Both the position numbers and the translations under genes were made by a program. DNA of 24,511 bases from the IMG/VR virus record IMGVR_UViG_2874956758_000006, positions 1-24,511 of that record; one strand, given 5' to 3'. The notes below the pieces were generated by a model. That model did no database searches and was not told the origin of the DNA. It saw only the letters and a program-made list of their open reading frames with translations. Below are positions 1 through 9,854 of this stretch, in pieces. The DNA comes from a virus (Duplodnaviria > Heunggongvirae > Uroviricota > Caudoviricetes). Numbering within the stretch: position 1 is the first letter of the stretch; each line of letters starts with the position of its first letter.

Positions 1-906
1 GTGGATAGCGCACGCGCCCTTATTGCCCGGGGATGGGGAGTAAGCTTAGTCAGCCGTTGTCTCCGGGTGTCGCGTGCGCAGTTGCACGTCATTCTCAGAC
101 GAACCGATGACTGGATGGATGGCCGCCGCAGTCGTCACACTGATGATACGGATGTGCTTCTCCGTATACACCATGTTATCGGAGAGCTGCCCACGTATGG
201 TTATCGTCGGGTATGGGCGCTGCTTCGCAGACAGGCAGAACTTGATGGTATGCCTGCGATCAATGCCAAACGAGTTTACCGGATCATGCGCCAGAATGCG
301 CTGTTGCTTGAGCGAAAACCTGCTGTACCGCCATCGAAACGGGCACATACAGGCAGAGTGGCCGTGAAAGAAAGCAATCAGCGATGGTGCTCTGACGGGT
401 TCGAGTTCTGCTGTGATAACGGGGAGAGACTGCGTGTCACGTTCGCGCTGGACTGCTGTGATCGTGAGGCACTGCACTGGGCGGTGACTACCGGCGGCTT
501 CAACAGTGAAACAGTACAGGACGTCATGCTGGGAGCGGTGGAACGCCGCTTCGGCAACGATCTTCCGTCGTCTCCAGTGGAGTGGCTGACGGATAATGGT
601 TCATGCTACCGGGCTAATGAAACACGCCAGTTCGCCCGGATGTTGGGACTTGAACCGAAGAACACGGCGGTGCGGAGTCCGGAGAGTAACGGAATAGCAG
701 AGAGCTTCGTGAAAACGATAAAGCGTGACTACATCAGTATCATGCCCAAACCAGACGGGTTAACGGCAGCAAAGAACCTTGCAGAGGCGTTCGAGCATTA
801 TAACGAATGGCATCCGCATAGTGCGCTGGGTTATCGCTCGCCACGGGAATATCTGCGGCAGCGGGCTTGTAATGGGTTAAGTGATAACAGATGTCTGGAA
901 ATATAG
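1..906 (+). CDS. insD: IS2 transposase InsD (orfB, 301 aa, GTG start)
   Basis: 301-aa ORF recognised as IS2 InsD; stop TAG 904-906; identical protein on minus strand at 15309-16214. Confidence 0.88.
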
Positions 907-917
907 GGGCAAATCCA
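1..917 (+). mobile_element. IS2, right-hand ~917 bp (element begins upstream of the window)
   Basis: InsD ORF 1-906 has the same protein sequence as the InsD of the complete IS2 at 15307-16628; terminus ...GGGGCAAATCCA ends at 917, matching the reverse-complemented terminus TGGATTTGCCCC starting at 15307. Confidence 0.9.
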
Positions 918-1303
918 GCTACATACCATACAAAGATATCATTGGTGTATGGACTGTATGTCACGGACACACCGGAAAAGACATCATGCCTGGTAAAACG
1001 TATACCGAAGCAGAATGCAAAGCTCTCCTGAATAAAGACCTTGCCACTGTCGCCAGACAAATTAACCCGTACATCAAAGTCGATATACCGGAAACAACGC
1101 GCGGCGCTCTTTACTCGTTCGTTTACAACGTGGGCGCTGGCAATTTCAGAACATCGACGCTTCTTCGCAAAATAAACCAGGGCGATATCAAAGGCGCATG
1201 TGACCAGCTACGTCGCTGGACATATGCTGGCGGTAAGCAATGGAAAGGGCTGATGACCCGTCGTGAGATTGAGCGTGAAGTCTGTTTGTGGGGGCAGCAA
1301 TGA
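918..1303 (+). pseudogene. phage endolysin (T4-lysozyme-like/GH24, lambdoid R-type), 5'-truncated by IS2
   Basis: From 918 the frame reads [24 protein letters not shown]...[14 protein letters not shown], typical of lambdoid lysozymes; the first 13 codons of the listed ORF (881-919) are IS2-derived; stop TGA 1301-1303 overlaps the Rz ATG. Confidence 0.8.
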
Positions 1304-1776
1304 GCAGAGTCACCGCGATTATCTCCGCTCTGGTTATCTGCATCATCGTCTGCCTGTCATGGGCTGTTAATCATTACCGTGATAACGCCATTACCTACAA
1401 AGAGCAGCGCGACAAAAACGCAAGAGAACTGAAGCTGGCGAACGCAACCATTACTGACATGCAGCAGCGCCAGCGTGCTGCTGATGCACTCGATGCTAAA
1501 TACACGAAGGAGTTAGCCAATGCGAAAGCTGAAAATGATGCTCTTCGGAGCAAGCTTGATAATGGTGGTCGGGTGCTCGTCAAAGGAAAATGCCCTGTGC
1601 CATCCTCAGCCGAAACCTCCAGCGCCTCCGGCATGGGCAATGATGCCACCGTCGAACTCTCTCCAGTTGCTGGACGAAACGTTCTCGGTATCCGGGACGG
1701 AATCATCAGCGACCAGACAGCATTGAGAATGCTTCAGGAGTACATCAGGATCCAATGCCTTGGGGGGTGGCGGTAA
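1300..1776 (+). CDS. Rz-like i-spanin (inner-membrane spanin subunit)
   Basis: N-terminal TM segment ([17 protein letters not shown]), coiled-coil-rich body, ATGA overlap with upstream lysozyme stop, embedded Rz1 in +1 frame. Confidence 0.75.
   Translation: MSRVTAIISALVICIIVCLSWAVNHYRDNAITYKEQRDKNARELKLANATITDMQQRQRAADALDAKYTKELANAKAENDALRSKLDNGGRVLVKGKCPVPSSAETSSASGMGNDATVELSPVAGRNVLGIRDGIISDQTALRMLQEYIRIQCLGGWR
1520..1726 (+). CDS. Rz1-like o-spanin lipoprotein, embedded within Rz
   Basis: Signal peptide plus lipobox (LIMVVGC), proline-rich stretch [11 protein letters not shown] as in lambda Rz1; SD AAGGAG at 1506-1511. Confidence 0.65.
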   Translation: MRKLKMMLFGASLIMVVGCSSKENALCHPQPKPPAPPAWAMMPPSNSLQLLDETFSVSGTESSATRQH

Positions 1777-1858
1777 TTTTACTCATTATCCTTCAAATCA
1801 GATTCTGTTGTCAGAGGAATGGGGGAAGCTGGATTCGCAAGAGCTTTTTATGGGCAGT

Positions 1859-2368
1859 TTAGCTAAAAAAAGGCAACACGAAGCTAAAACTACCAACATA
1901 AAGTGCTGACCAGCTAGCAGCTGAAATCAGACTCACTGTATACACTTTCACTGGATGAAGTTGCAACATTCCTGCCACCAAAGGAGCAATATAACGCAGC
2001 ACGGCGATAAAGCGCGAAGTGAAAAGTATTGACACAGAGTTATTTTGCAACTGAAGGCGAACCCGTTCTATTGTATTGGAACGACTCGATATTATACATG
2101 CAAGTTGAGGGATATGCCCAATTATTATACCAAGATGGTAATTAACGATAGTACCGCACCATGCGCCACTCATGACCGTGATTCCAGCTTCCCATGGTGA
2201 AAGAGTCGTCTTGCTGACTGTAATTATAGTGGCCATCATAATTGATGCTGGTGGCAATATCGCCGAAATGAGTAAAGTGGATTTTGTGAACGCTATTATA
2301 AAAAGAAGCCCCCATAGGCGATATGGATGAAGTACAAAATAGTTCATCAAAGCATTTATCCACTCCAT
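1859..2368 (-). CDS. DedA/VTT-family membrane protein (start at internal ATG 2366-2368 with AAGGAA SD; ORF frame is open up to a GTG at 2437)
   Basis: C-terminal motif SRFIAVLRYIAPLVAGMLQL...SWSALYVG resembles E. coli DedA ARFVPIVRTFAPFVAGM...LLWVLLF (recalled from memory); IVNYHLG resembles AVNYTIG; several hydrophobic TM segments; AT-rich codon context. Confidence 0.55.
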   Translation of the reverse strand: MEWINALMNYFVLHPYRLWGLLFIIAFTKSTLLISAILPPASIMMATIITVSKTTLSPWEAGITVMSGAWCGTIVNYHLGIIIGHIPQLACIISSRSNTIERVRLQLQNNSVSILFTSRFIAVLRYIAPLVAGMLQLHPVKVYTVSLISAASWSALYVGSFSFVLPFFS

Positions 2369-2638
2369 CAATGTCTTTCCTTCTGTGAATTTTTCTTTGC
2401 TATTAACCGTGATACGACTTAATTTAGGCTTAAACACCTTACATTTACAAGGTACTCCTGTGGGGGGCCTGCCACGGAGCGTCGCAGGAGTGAGTGATGA
2501 GGAAGAATTAAAGCAACCTATTGTGACAGGCAGCGATAACAGTAAATCACAGGAAGCATAATCATGGCAAAACCGGACTGGGAGGTCATCGAAACGGCGT
2601 ACCAGTGTCGGGTGATGTATAGGGCATCTATTTATTCA

Positions 2639-3187
2639 TCATCTGAAAAAAGAGTTGTCCGGATGGGTTTCAATAACGGTTATGCTTGAAAGACGCGAGG
2701 GGTTAACCGTGAACTCATTTTCACCAAAATAACGACTGTGGGCATTGGGGCCAGCTAATATAGAACAGGCTGGAGCTTCAGCTCTTAACAGCAAACCTGG
2801 TGATTTGTATGCATTCAATCCACGACCAAACTTCTCGGCGACTGAAATGTCTGTTGTCCAGCAAAAGCCAATGAGCCCTTTATCGAACCTGTCTTTATTT
2901 TCTCCCCGATAAAGTACAAGGCTGTCGCTATCATATGTTGGCAATAAGAGCGTTAATAGTTTGAGGAGAATTGAGTCGTCGTTGATCTTTTCACGTATAA
3001 AGGCCCCAGACTCAACCCATTGACTATGGAATGAATTTTTCATGGCAATTGATACTGGCTTTGCGTTATCGATGCTTTTGATAAACTCAACCCATCTGTT
3101 CCGACTGTGAATGTAATCAAGAAATTTCCTCTCATCGGACACCTTCGGTTGAGGGCGGTTATAAGCTGCGAAATCTTCTAACTTCAT
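2639..3187 (-). CDS. hypothetical cargo protein, 182 aa, function unknown (speculative ADP-ribosyltransferase-like motifs)
   Basis: Real start taken as ATG 3185-3187 with SD GAGGA 4-5 nt upstream (the listed 314-aa ORF extends antisense into terS); ordered motifs Y93-R94-G-E, W110-T-T-D, E156-N-E158; AT-rich; divergent from terS with only 19 bp between start codons. Confidence 0.45.
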   Translation of the reverse strand: MKLEDFAAYNRPQPKVSDERKFLDYIHSRNRWVEFIKSIDNAKPVSIAMKNSFHSQWVESGAFIREKINDDSILLKLLTLLLPTYDSDSLVLYRGENKDRFDKGLIGFCWTTDISVAEKFGRGLNAYKSPGLLLRAEAPACSILAGPNAHSRYFGENEFTVNPSRLSSITVIETHPDNSFFR

Positions 3188-3206
3188 AATTTCCTCAGGT
3201 ATATCA

Positions 3207-3758
3207 ATGGCACTCACCGACAAACAAGAAATGTTCTGTCGCGAGTACCTCATCGATTTAAACTCCACGCAAGCGGCTATTCGGGCGGGGTACAGCGCAA
3301 AGACAGCTAACCGTACCGCATCCGAAAACCTGTCAAAACCTGACATACAATTCAGAATCGCCGAACTGAAAGCGCAACGCAATGATCTTGTTGGTATTAA
3401 TGCAGAATATGTACTTAATCGCCTTATTGAAATCGACCAGATGGATGTGCTCGACATTCTCCTGCAAAACGGTGAGCTAAAGCCCATTAAAGACTGGCCT
3501 AAGGTATGGCGCACAACGCTATCAGGAATGGATGTCGTGGAGATGGTATCCGCAGATAGCGCCGCACTTCTGAAGAAAATCAAATGGCCTGATAAGGTTA
3601 AAAACCTTGAGTTGCTTGGGCGCCATGTTTCTGTTCAGGCGTTTAAAGACAACGTCAAAAATGAAGTGACTGGCGCTGATGGAGGACCAGTCAGAACAGA
3701 AATTACCAAATTAACGCCTGAGCAGGCCGCAGAGGTGTATAGAAAAATGATGGGCTAA
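3207..3758 (+). CDS. terminase small subunit (P27/Terminase_2-type)
   Basis: N-terminus [34 protein letters not shown] is the conserved signature of P27-family small terminase subunits; directly precedes the large subunit. Confidence 0.8.
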   Translation: MALTDKQEMFCREYLIDLNSTQAAIRAGYSAKTANRTASENLSKPDIQFRIAELKAQRNDLVGINAEYVLNRLIEIDQMDVLDILLQNGELKPIKDWPKVWRTTLSGMDVVEMVSADSAALLKKIKWPDKVKNLELLGRHVSVQAFKDNVKNEVTGADGGPVRTEITKLTPEQAAEVYRKMMG

Positions 3759-3760
3759 GT

Positions 3761-5380
3761 ATGCCGTTACCATTCCCCTTCGATTTTAAACATCCTGATT
3801 ACCAGATGGTTTTTGAATGGCGGATGGAACGCCTACAGCGCATTCGCCAGAATCCTGAAATATTGCCTGCACTAAAACAGTTTTACCGTACCAACCCGGC
3901 TCAGTTCATTATCGACTGGGGCATGACAACGGACCCGCGTAATATTGATTATGGCCTGCCGGTGACCATTCCGTTTTTACTCTTCCCTAAGCAGGAGGAG
4001 TGGATCCACTGGATTATGGAACGCTGGAGCAATCGGGAGAATGGTATTACCGAAAAATCCCGTGAAATGGGGCTCAGTTGGACCGCGATCGGACTGGCCT
4101 GCTCGCTTTGTCTCTTCAACAAAGAAATGGTTATCGGTTTCGGCTCCCGTAAAGAGGAATACGTCGACAGCACCGGTGACCCGAAAGCATTGTTCTGGAA
4201 GGCGCGCAAGTTCGTGGAAACACTACCTGTAGAGTTTCGCGGTTCGTGGAGCGAGAAGAAGCACGCGCCATATATGCGTGTTGAGTTTCCTGAAACTGGC
4301 GCGGTTATCAAAGGTGAGGCTGGCGATAATATCGGTCGTGGTGACCGTACGGCCCTTTATTTTGTGGATGAGGCTGCTTTTCTCCAGCGACCATTACTTA
4401 TTGATGCCGCGCTTTCTCAGACAACCCGATGTCGTATCGATCTCTCATCGGTTAACGGCATGAACAACCCCTTCGCACAGAAGCGGCACAGTGGAAAAAT
4501 CCCGGTGTTTACGTTTCACTGGCGTAGCGATCCGCGTAAAGACGATGAGTGGTATCACAAGGAGTGCGAGAAAATTGATAACCCAGTCATCGTTGCCCAG
4601 GAACTGGATCTTAATTACCAGGCATCAGCAGAAGGCATCCTGATCTCCTCAGAATGGGTACAGGCTGCGGTTGATGCACATATCAGACTGGGCATTCAGC
4701 CCGGCGGCCAACGGCTTGGTGCAATGGATGTCGCCGACGAAGGGCGGGATAAAAACGCCTGTTCGCTCCGTTATGGCATCCTGCTGAATGACGTACAGGA
4801 GTGGTCAGGTAAGGGGAGTGACATCTATGACTCTGTGGTTAAGGTTTTTGGTCTGTGCGATGACTTTGGTGCCGATGAGTTTCGCTTTGATGAGGACGGA
4901 TTGGGTGCTGGCGTTCGTGGTGATGCGCGCGCTATCAACGAACTGCGTGAAGCGGAGGGCATCTGTCAAATCACCGCCACTCCATTCCGGGGCAGCGGGA
5001 GCGTGTTTCATCCTGAAAATGAAGCTGTTCCCGGTGATAATGGTAAACCGGCTCGTCTGAATAAGGACTTTTTTGTCAATGCCAAAGCCCAGGGGGGGTG
5101 GCATCTTCGCAAATTATTCCGCAATACATTTCGTGCACTACAGGGTATGGAGTATGACCCGGATGAGATTATTTCCATCAGCAGCACAATGGAAAATAAA
5201 GACCGGCTGTTGATGGAGCTGTCACAACCTACCTGGTCAAAAAATGCCACCGGAAAAATTCTTGTGGATAAGCAACCTGACGGAACGAAATCTCCAAACC
5301 TGGCTGATTCTGTGATGATTGCTTATGCCCCGATGGAAATGCCCATCGTAATTTCTGATGACTTTATGGAGTGGATCTGA
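3761..5380 (+). CDS. terminase large subunit (539 aa)
   Basis: Size and position; Walker-B-like [11 protein letters not shown]-terminal nuclease-like region; tightly coupled to terS (3-nt gap) and to the downstream gene (overlap). Confidence 0.8.
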   Translation: MPLPFPFDFKHPDYQMVFEWRMERLQRIRQNPEILPALKQFYRTNPAQFIIDWGMTTDPRNIDYGLPVTIPFLLFPKQEEWIHWIMERWSNRENGITEKSREMGLSWTAIGLACSLCLFNKEMVIGFGSRKEEYVDSTGDPKALFWKARKFVETLPVEFRGSWSEKKHAPYMRVEFPETGAVIKGEAGDNIGRGDRTALYFVDEAAFLQRPLLIDAALSQTTRCRIDLSSVNGMNNPFAQKRHSGKIPVFTFHWRSDPRKDDEWYHKECEKIDNPVIVAQELDLNYQASAEGILISSEWVQAAVDAHIRLGIQPGGQRLGAMDVADEGRDKNACSLRYGILLNDVQEWSGKGSDIYDSVVKVFGLCDDFGADEFRFDEDGLGAGVRGDARAINELREAEGICQITATPFRGSGSVFHPENEAVPGDNGKPARLNKDFFVNAKAQGGWHLRKLFRNTFRALQGMEYDPDEIISISSTMENKDRLLMELSQPTWSKNATGKILVDKQPDGTKSPNLADSVMIAYAPMEMPIVISDDFMEWI

Positions 5381-6447
5381 TGTGGCCGTTTAAACGAAAA
5401 GAACCGTCAGCGCCGGCGGTACCGGACAAACAACCTGAACCACAGCCACCGGAAATTAACGATGAGGTCATCGCTTCCGTCCGGCAGAAACCACGGAGGG
5501 AGTTTGTTCGCTATGAGCCACCACCGGGCGTTATCCCGGCACCGGTTCGCGACGCTGTGCTGGCAATGGATGCAACACCGTATGACACCCTGAACAGTCA
5601 TTATCCTGATTTTGTTTATGGTGGTTTCCCGGGCTATCCGTATCTGGCACTTCAGGCGCAGTTACCGGAGTACCGGCGTATGGTCAGTGTGCTTGCCGAG
5701 GAGATGACCCGTAAGTGGATAAAGGTTAAGGCGGTCGGAGAAGGGGACGACAGCCACGCGTCACGCATAGCGCAGCTTACTGACGTACTGGAGCACTATA
5801 ACGTACAGGACGTTTTCAGACTGGCGATTGAGCACGACGGCTTTTTCGGGCGAGGGCAGATTTATATTGATGTGCGTTCGCCATCGGGTATATCTGCCTG
5901 GACTGACCCGGCGGAGCTGGGATCCGGACTGTTTATTTCCGACAAAAAAATCCCGAAAGGTTCCCTGCTGGGGCTTCGTGTTATTGAACCCGTCTGGACG
6001 TATCCGGGTATATATAACGCGGATAATCCGCTGAGTGATGATTTTTACCGTCCGTCCGAATGGTACGTAATGGGAAAAACGGTTCACGCCAGCCGCATGA
6101 TTGATCTGATCTCCCGTCCGGTTCCGGACATGCTGAAGCCGGCCTACAACTTTGGCGGCCTGTCACTGGTTCAGATTGCTGAGCCTTATGTTAATAACTG
6201 GCTGCGAACACGCGACAGCGTGGGCGATATGCTGCATTCGTTTTCGCTGAGCGGGATTAAGACGGATATGACACAGGTATTAAGTGGTAAAAGGGACCCG
6301 AATTACGCAAAACGCGCGGAGTTGTTTAACCGTACCCGTGATAACCGCGGGCTGCTGATGCTGGACAAGACGAACGAAGAGTTTTTCCAGTTCAACACTC
6401 CCCTGAGCGGCCTCGACACCCTTCAGGCGCAGGCAGAAAAATTTTGA
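5380..6447 (+). CDS. putative phage portal protein (possibly C-terminally shortened)
   Basis: First gene after terL, start ATG 5380 overlapping the terL stop (TGATG); acidic with a proline-rich N-terminus; only ~355 aa, which is short for a portal. Confidence 0.5.
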   Translation: MWPFKRKEPSAPAVPDKQPEPQPPEINDEVIASVRQKPRREFVRYEPPPGVIPAPVRDAVLAMDATPYDTLNSHYPDFVYGGFPGYPYLALQAQLPEYRRMVSVLAEEMTRKWIKVKAVGEGDDSHASRIAQLTDVLEHYNVQDVFRLAIEHDGFFGRGQIYIDVRSPSGISAWTDPAELGSGLFISDKKIPKGSLLGLRVIEPVWTYPGIYNADNPLSDDFYRPSEWYVMGKTVHASRMIDLISRPVPDMLKPAYNFGGLSLVQIAEPYVNNWLRTRDSVGDMLHSFSLSGIKTDMTQVLSGKRDPNYAKRAELFNRTRDNRGLLMLDKTNEEFFQFNTPLSGLDTLQAQAEKF

Positions 6448-6451
6448 CGAA

Positions 6452-7006
6452 ATGGCCCTGCGGCTGGCGAGGCGGTTTGCCGGTGATGTCCTGAAAAACA
6501 GCGATGCGTCACTGTACACTGCGCTCCGTGATGCCGGGTTTACGGTTCCTTTCCGTATGACAACGGAGATGAATACCGCACTTCAGGCCAGCATCACGGA
6601 GAATGTGAACCTCATTCGCTCCATCCCGCAGCAACATCTCCCCCAGGTGGAAACACTGGTCATGCAGTCTGTTGGCCGGGGACGTGACCTGAAAACGCTG
6701 ACCGATGAACTGGAAAAACGTTACGGCATCACACGACGGCGCGCGGCGCTGATTGCCCGCGACCAGAACAATAAGGCAACGTCGGTAATGCAGGCCGCCA
6801 GACAGCGTTCGGTGGGTATCACTGAAGGTGTCTGGAGGCATTCCCGCGCGGGTAAAACATGGCGTCCGTCGCATGTGAAGGCGAACGGTAAATGGTTTGA
6901 CCTGCGAAAGGGGATGTTTCTGGATGGTAAGTGGGTACTGCCGGGCGAAGAAATCAACTGCCGGTGTGGCTGGGAGGCCGTTATTCCCGGACTGGAGAAA
7001 AAATGA
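6452..7006 (+). CDS. phage head morphogenesis protein (Mu gpF / SPP1 gp7-like domain)
   Basis: C-terminal motif [13 protein letters not shown] and the [14 protein letters not shown] region typical of Mu-F-like minor head proteins; 4-nt gap after the portal stop. Confidence 0.6.
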   Translation: MALRLARRFAGDVLKNSDASLYTALRDAGFTVPFRMTTEMNTALQASITENVNLIRSIPQQHLPQVETLVMQSVGRGRDLKTLTDELEKRYGITRRRAALIARDQNNKATSVMQAARQRSVGITEGVWRHSRAGKTWRPSHVKANGKWFDLRKGMFLDGKWVLPGEEINCRCGWEAVIPGLEKK

Positions 7007-7380
7007 TTATTACCGAAATGCTGGCGTTTGACCGGGCATCGGTAAGGCAGTTCGATAAAGTCGGTCGCCTCCAGATTGAGCGCAGTAATCTCAGCAAGGC
7101 GAACGTCTGCGGTTATTTCGGGTATGAAATACCGGGGGCGGAAGCGCTGGGACTCGACCCCAAAAAACTTTATCAGCTTTACCGTGACCCCGATGAACTG
7201 CGCAAGGCAGTTTCAACCTTCAACAATATTCCCGTCCTGTGCCGACACAAACCCGATTATCCGGGCGCGCCCGCGCGCGAGTACCGGGTGGGGACGACTC
7301 ATGCCAACAGCGAGTTTGACGGTACCTATCTGGTTAACGGCATGTCCATCTGGGACAACTCCGCCATTGAGGTAGCCTGA
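7003..7380 (+). pseudogene. phage head-module gene of unknown function, 3'-truncated by IS600
   Basis: ATGA overlap with upstream stop; reading frame runs into the IS600 left end at 7368 and terminates on an IS-internal TGA (7378-7380), so the last four codons are IS-derived. Confidence 0.5.
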
Positions 7381-7431
7381 GTTTAACGGACACTCCTTCC
7401 TGAAATAGAATGGCATCAGAAGGAGCTAATA

Positions 7432-7694
7432 ATGAGCAGAAAAACCCAACGTTACTCTAAAGAGTTCAAAGCCGAAGCTGTCAGAACGGTTCTTGAAAAT
7501 CAACTTTCGATCAGTGAAGGCGCTTCCCGATTATCCCTTCCTGAAGGCACTTTAGGACAATGGGTTACCGCCGCCAGAAAAGGGCTCGGTACTCCTGGTT
7601 CCCGCACGGTGGCTGAACTGGAATCTGAAATTCTGCAACTGCGTAAGGCGTTAAATGAAGCTCGCCTTGAGCGAGATATATTAAAAAAAGCAAC
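7432..7694 (+). pseudogene. IS600 orfA (HTH transposase N-terminal ORF), split by IS30; resumes at 8916-8957
   Basis: MSRKTQRYSKEFKAEAVRTV...ERDILKKAT then IS30; rejoining the flanks across the AC duplication restores ...KKATAYFAQESLKNTR stop; A6G slippery motif at 7684-7690. Confidence 0.8.
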
Positions 7695-8915
7695 TGTAGA
7701 TTCAATTGGTCAACGCAACAGTTATGTGAAAACATGGGGTTGCGGAGGTTTTTTGAATGAGACGAACATTTACAGCAGAGGAAAAAGCCTCTGTTTTTGA
7801 ACTATGGAAGAACGGAACAGGCTTCAGTGAAATAGCGAATATCCTGGGTTCAAAACCCGGAACGATCTTCACTATGTTAAGGGATACTGGCGGCATAAAA
7901 CCCCATGAGCGTAAGCGGGCTGTAGCTCACCTGACACTGTCTGAGCGCGAGGAGATACGAGCTGGTTTGTCAGCCAAAATGAGCATTCGTGCGATAGCTA
8001 CTGCGCTGAATCGCAGTCCTTCGACGATCTCACGTGAAGTTCAGCGTAATCGGGGCAGACGCTATTACAAAGCTGTTGATGCTAATAACCGAGCCAACAG
8101 AATGGCGAAAAGGCCAAAACCGTGCTTACTGGATCAAAATTTACCATTGCGAAAGCTTGTTCTGGAAAAGCTGGAGATGAAATGGTCTCCAGAGCAAATA
8201 TCAGGATGGTTAAGGCGAACAAAACCACGTCAAAAAACGCTGCGAATATCACCTGAGACAATTTATAAAACGCTGTACTTTCGTAGCCGTGAAGCGCTAC
8301 ACCACCTGAATATACAGTATCTGCGACGGTCGCATAGCCTTCGCCATGGCAGGCGTCATACCCGCAAAGGCGAAAGAGGTACGATTAACATAGTGAACGG
8401 AACACCAATTCACGAACGTTCCCGAAATATCGATAACAGACGCTCTCTGGGACATTGGGAGGGCGATTTAGTCTCAGGTACAAAAAACTCTCATATAGCC
8501 ACACTTGTAGACCGAAAATCACGTTATACGATCATCCTTAGACTCAGGGGCAAAGATTCTGTCTCAGTAAATCAGGCTCTTACCGACAAATTCCTGAGTT
8601 TACCGTCAGAACTCAGAAAATCACTGACATGGGACAGAGGAATGGAACTGGCCAGACATCTAGAATTTACTGTCAGCACCGGCGTTAAAGTTTACTTCTG
8701 CGATCCTCAGAGTCCTTGGCAGCGGGGAACAAATGAGAACACAAATGGGCTAATTCGGCAGTACTTTCCTAAAAAGACATGTCTTGCCCAATATACTCAA
8801 CATGAACTAGATCTGGTTGCTGCTCAGCTAAACAACAGACCGAGAAAGACACTGAAGTTCAAAACACCGAAAGAGATAATTGAAAGGGGTGTTGCATTGA
8901 CAGATTGAATCTACA
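7695..8915 (+). mobile_element. IS30, complete (1221 bp) with 2-bp AC target duplication
   Basis: Left end TGTAGATTCAATTGGTCAACGCAACAG at 7695, right end ...GTTGCATTGACAGATTGAATCTACA ending 8915; AC at 7693-7694 and 8916-8917. Confidence 0.9.
7757..8908 (+). CDS. insI: IS30 transposase (383 aa)
   Basis: 383-aa ORF recognised as the IS30 transposase, contained within the IS30 inverted repeats. Confidence 0.88.
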   Translation: MRRTFTAEEKASVFELWKNGTGFSEIANILGSKPGTIFTMLRDTGGIKPHERKRAVAHLTLSEREEIRAGLSAKMSIRAIATALNRSPSTISREVQRNRGRRYYKAVDANNRANRMAKRPKPCLLDQNLPLRKLVLEKLEMKWSPEQISGWLRRTKPRQKTLRISPETIYKTLYFRSREALHHLNIQYLRRSHSLRHGRRHTRKGERGTINIVNGTPIHERSRNIDNRRSLGHWEGDLVSGTKNSHIATLVDRKSRYTIILRLRGKDSVSVNQALTDKFLSLPSELRKSLTWDRGMELARHLEFTVSTGVKVYFCDPQSPWQRGTNENTNGLIRQYFPKKTCLAQYTQHELDLVAAQLNNRPRKTLKFKTPKEIIERGVALTD

Positions 8916-8992
8916 ACAGCGTATTTTGCACAGGAGTCGCTGAAAAATACGCGTTAATCGAACAATGGCGACAACAATTTCCCATTGAAGCG

Positions 8993-9811
8993 ATGTGTCA
9001 GGTATTTGGTGTATCCAGGAGCGGTTATTACAACTGGGTACAGCATGAACCCTCAGACAGAAAACAAAGTGATGAGCGGCTAAAACTGGAGATTAAGGTG
9101 GCACATATCCGCACTCGCGAAACATATGGAACCCGGCGGCTCCAGACGGAGCTGGCAGAGAATGGCATCATCGTTGGTCATGACCGACTGGCACGTCTTC
9201 GTAAGGAGCTAAGGCTACGCTGTAAGCAGAAACGCAAGTTCAGAGCGACTACGAACTCGAACCATAATCTGCCAGTTGCGCCAAATCTGCTGAACCAGAC
9301 GTTCGCTCCTACAGCACCAAATCAGGTCTGGGTGGCGGACCTGACGTATGTTGCCACACAGGAGGGATGGTTGTACCTCGCTGGCGTCAAAGATGTTTAT
9401 ACGTGCGAAATTGTCGGCTACGCCATGGGAGAGCGCATGACAAAAGAGCTGACAGGTAAAGCCCTGTTTATGGCGCTCAGGAGCCAGCGCCCACCTGCCG
9501 GGCTAATCCACCACTCTGATCGAGGTTCACAGTACTGCGCATACGATTACCGGGTCATACAGGAGCAGTCTGGTCTGAAAACATCAATGTCGCGTAAAGG
9601 TAACTGTTACGACAACGCTCCGATGGAAAGCTTCTGGGGAACGCTGAAAAATGAGAGCCTGAGCCACTATCGTTTTAATAACCGGGATGAAGCCATCTCA
9701 GTAATACGGGAATACATTGAGATTTTCTACAATCGTCAGCGTCGTCACTCTCGTCTGGGGAATATCTCCCCGGCAGCCTTCAGGGAAAAATATCATCAGA
9801 TGGCTGCTTAA
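8993..9811 (+). CDS. IS600 orfB (DDE transposase catalytic ORF; normally expressed as an OrfAB fusion by -1 frameshift)
   Basis: IS3-family integrase-core motifs (WVADLTYV..., HSDRGSQY..., DNAPMESFWGTLK); lies between orfA and the right inverted repeat. Confidence 0.85.
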   Translation: MCQVFGVSRSGYYNWVQHEPSDRKQSDERLKLEIKVAHIRTRETYGTRRLQTELAENGIIVGHDRLARLRKELRLRCKQKRKFRATTNSNHNLPVAPNLLNQTFAPTAPNQVWVADLTYVATQEGWLYLAGVKDVYTCEIVGYAMGERMTKELTGKALFMALRSQRPPAGLIHHSDRGSQYCAYDYRVIQEQSGLKTSMSRKGNCYDNAPMESFWGTLKNESLSHYRFNNRDEAISVIREYIEIFYNRQRRHSRLGNISPAAFREKYHQMAA

Positions 9812-9854
9812 AAAAAGAACAAATGGTAGTGTCCGCTATTGCCAGTACACCTCA

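Larger units (their letters stand above)
7368..9854 (+). mobile_element. IS600 (IS3 family), interrupted by a nested IS30
   Basis: Ends TGAGGTAGCC... (7368) and ...GCCAGTACACCTCA (9854) form imperfect inverted repeats (TGAGGT 6/6 at the tips); length minus IS30 and its 2-bp duplication is 1264 bp; orfA/orfB products recognised as IS600-type; no matching 3-bp flanking duplication (CAT vs GTC). Confidence 0.8.

Noticed and set aside
46-477. Antisense and alternative-frame ORFs inside both IS2 copies (46-477, 74-367, 15738-16169, 15848-16141)
   Set aside because: Shadow ORFs overlapping the well-established insD frame; no start-site support.
2142-2363. 73-aa minus-strand ORF inside the DedA-like gene
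   Set aside because: Alternative frame of a gene with family-level support; no independent SD.
2564-2701. 45-codon plus-strand ORF (MAKPDWEVIE...) with an AGGAAG SD, convergent with and overlapping the 3' end of the 182-aa cargo gene
   Set aside because: Too short and overlapping to support from sequence alone; could be a real small protein but there is no corroborating feature.
3949-5250. Multiple 60-120-aa ORFs on both strands within the terminase large subunit gene
   Set aside because: All lie within or antisense to the long, motif-supported terL frame.
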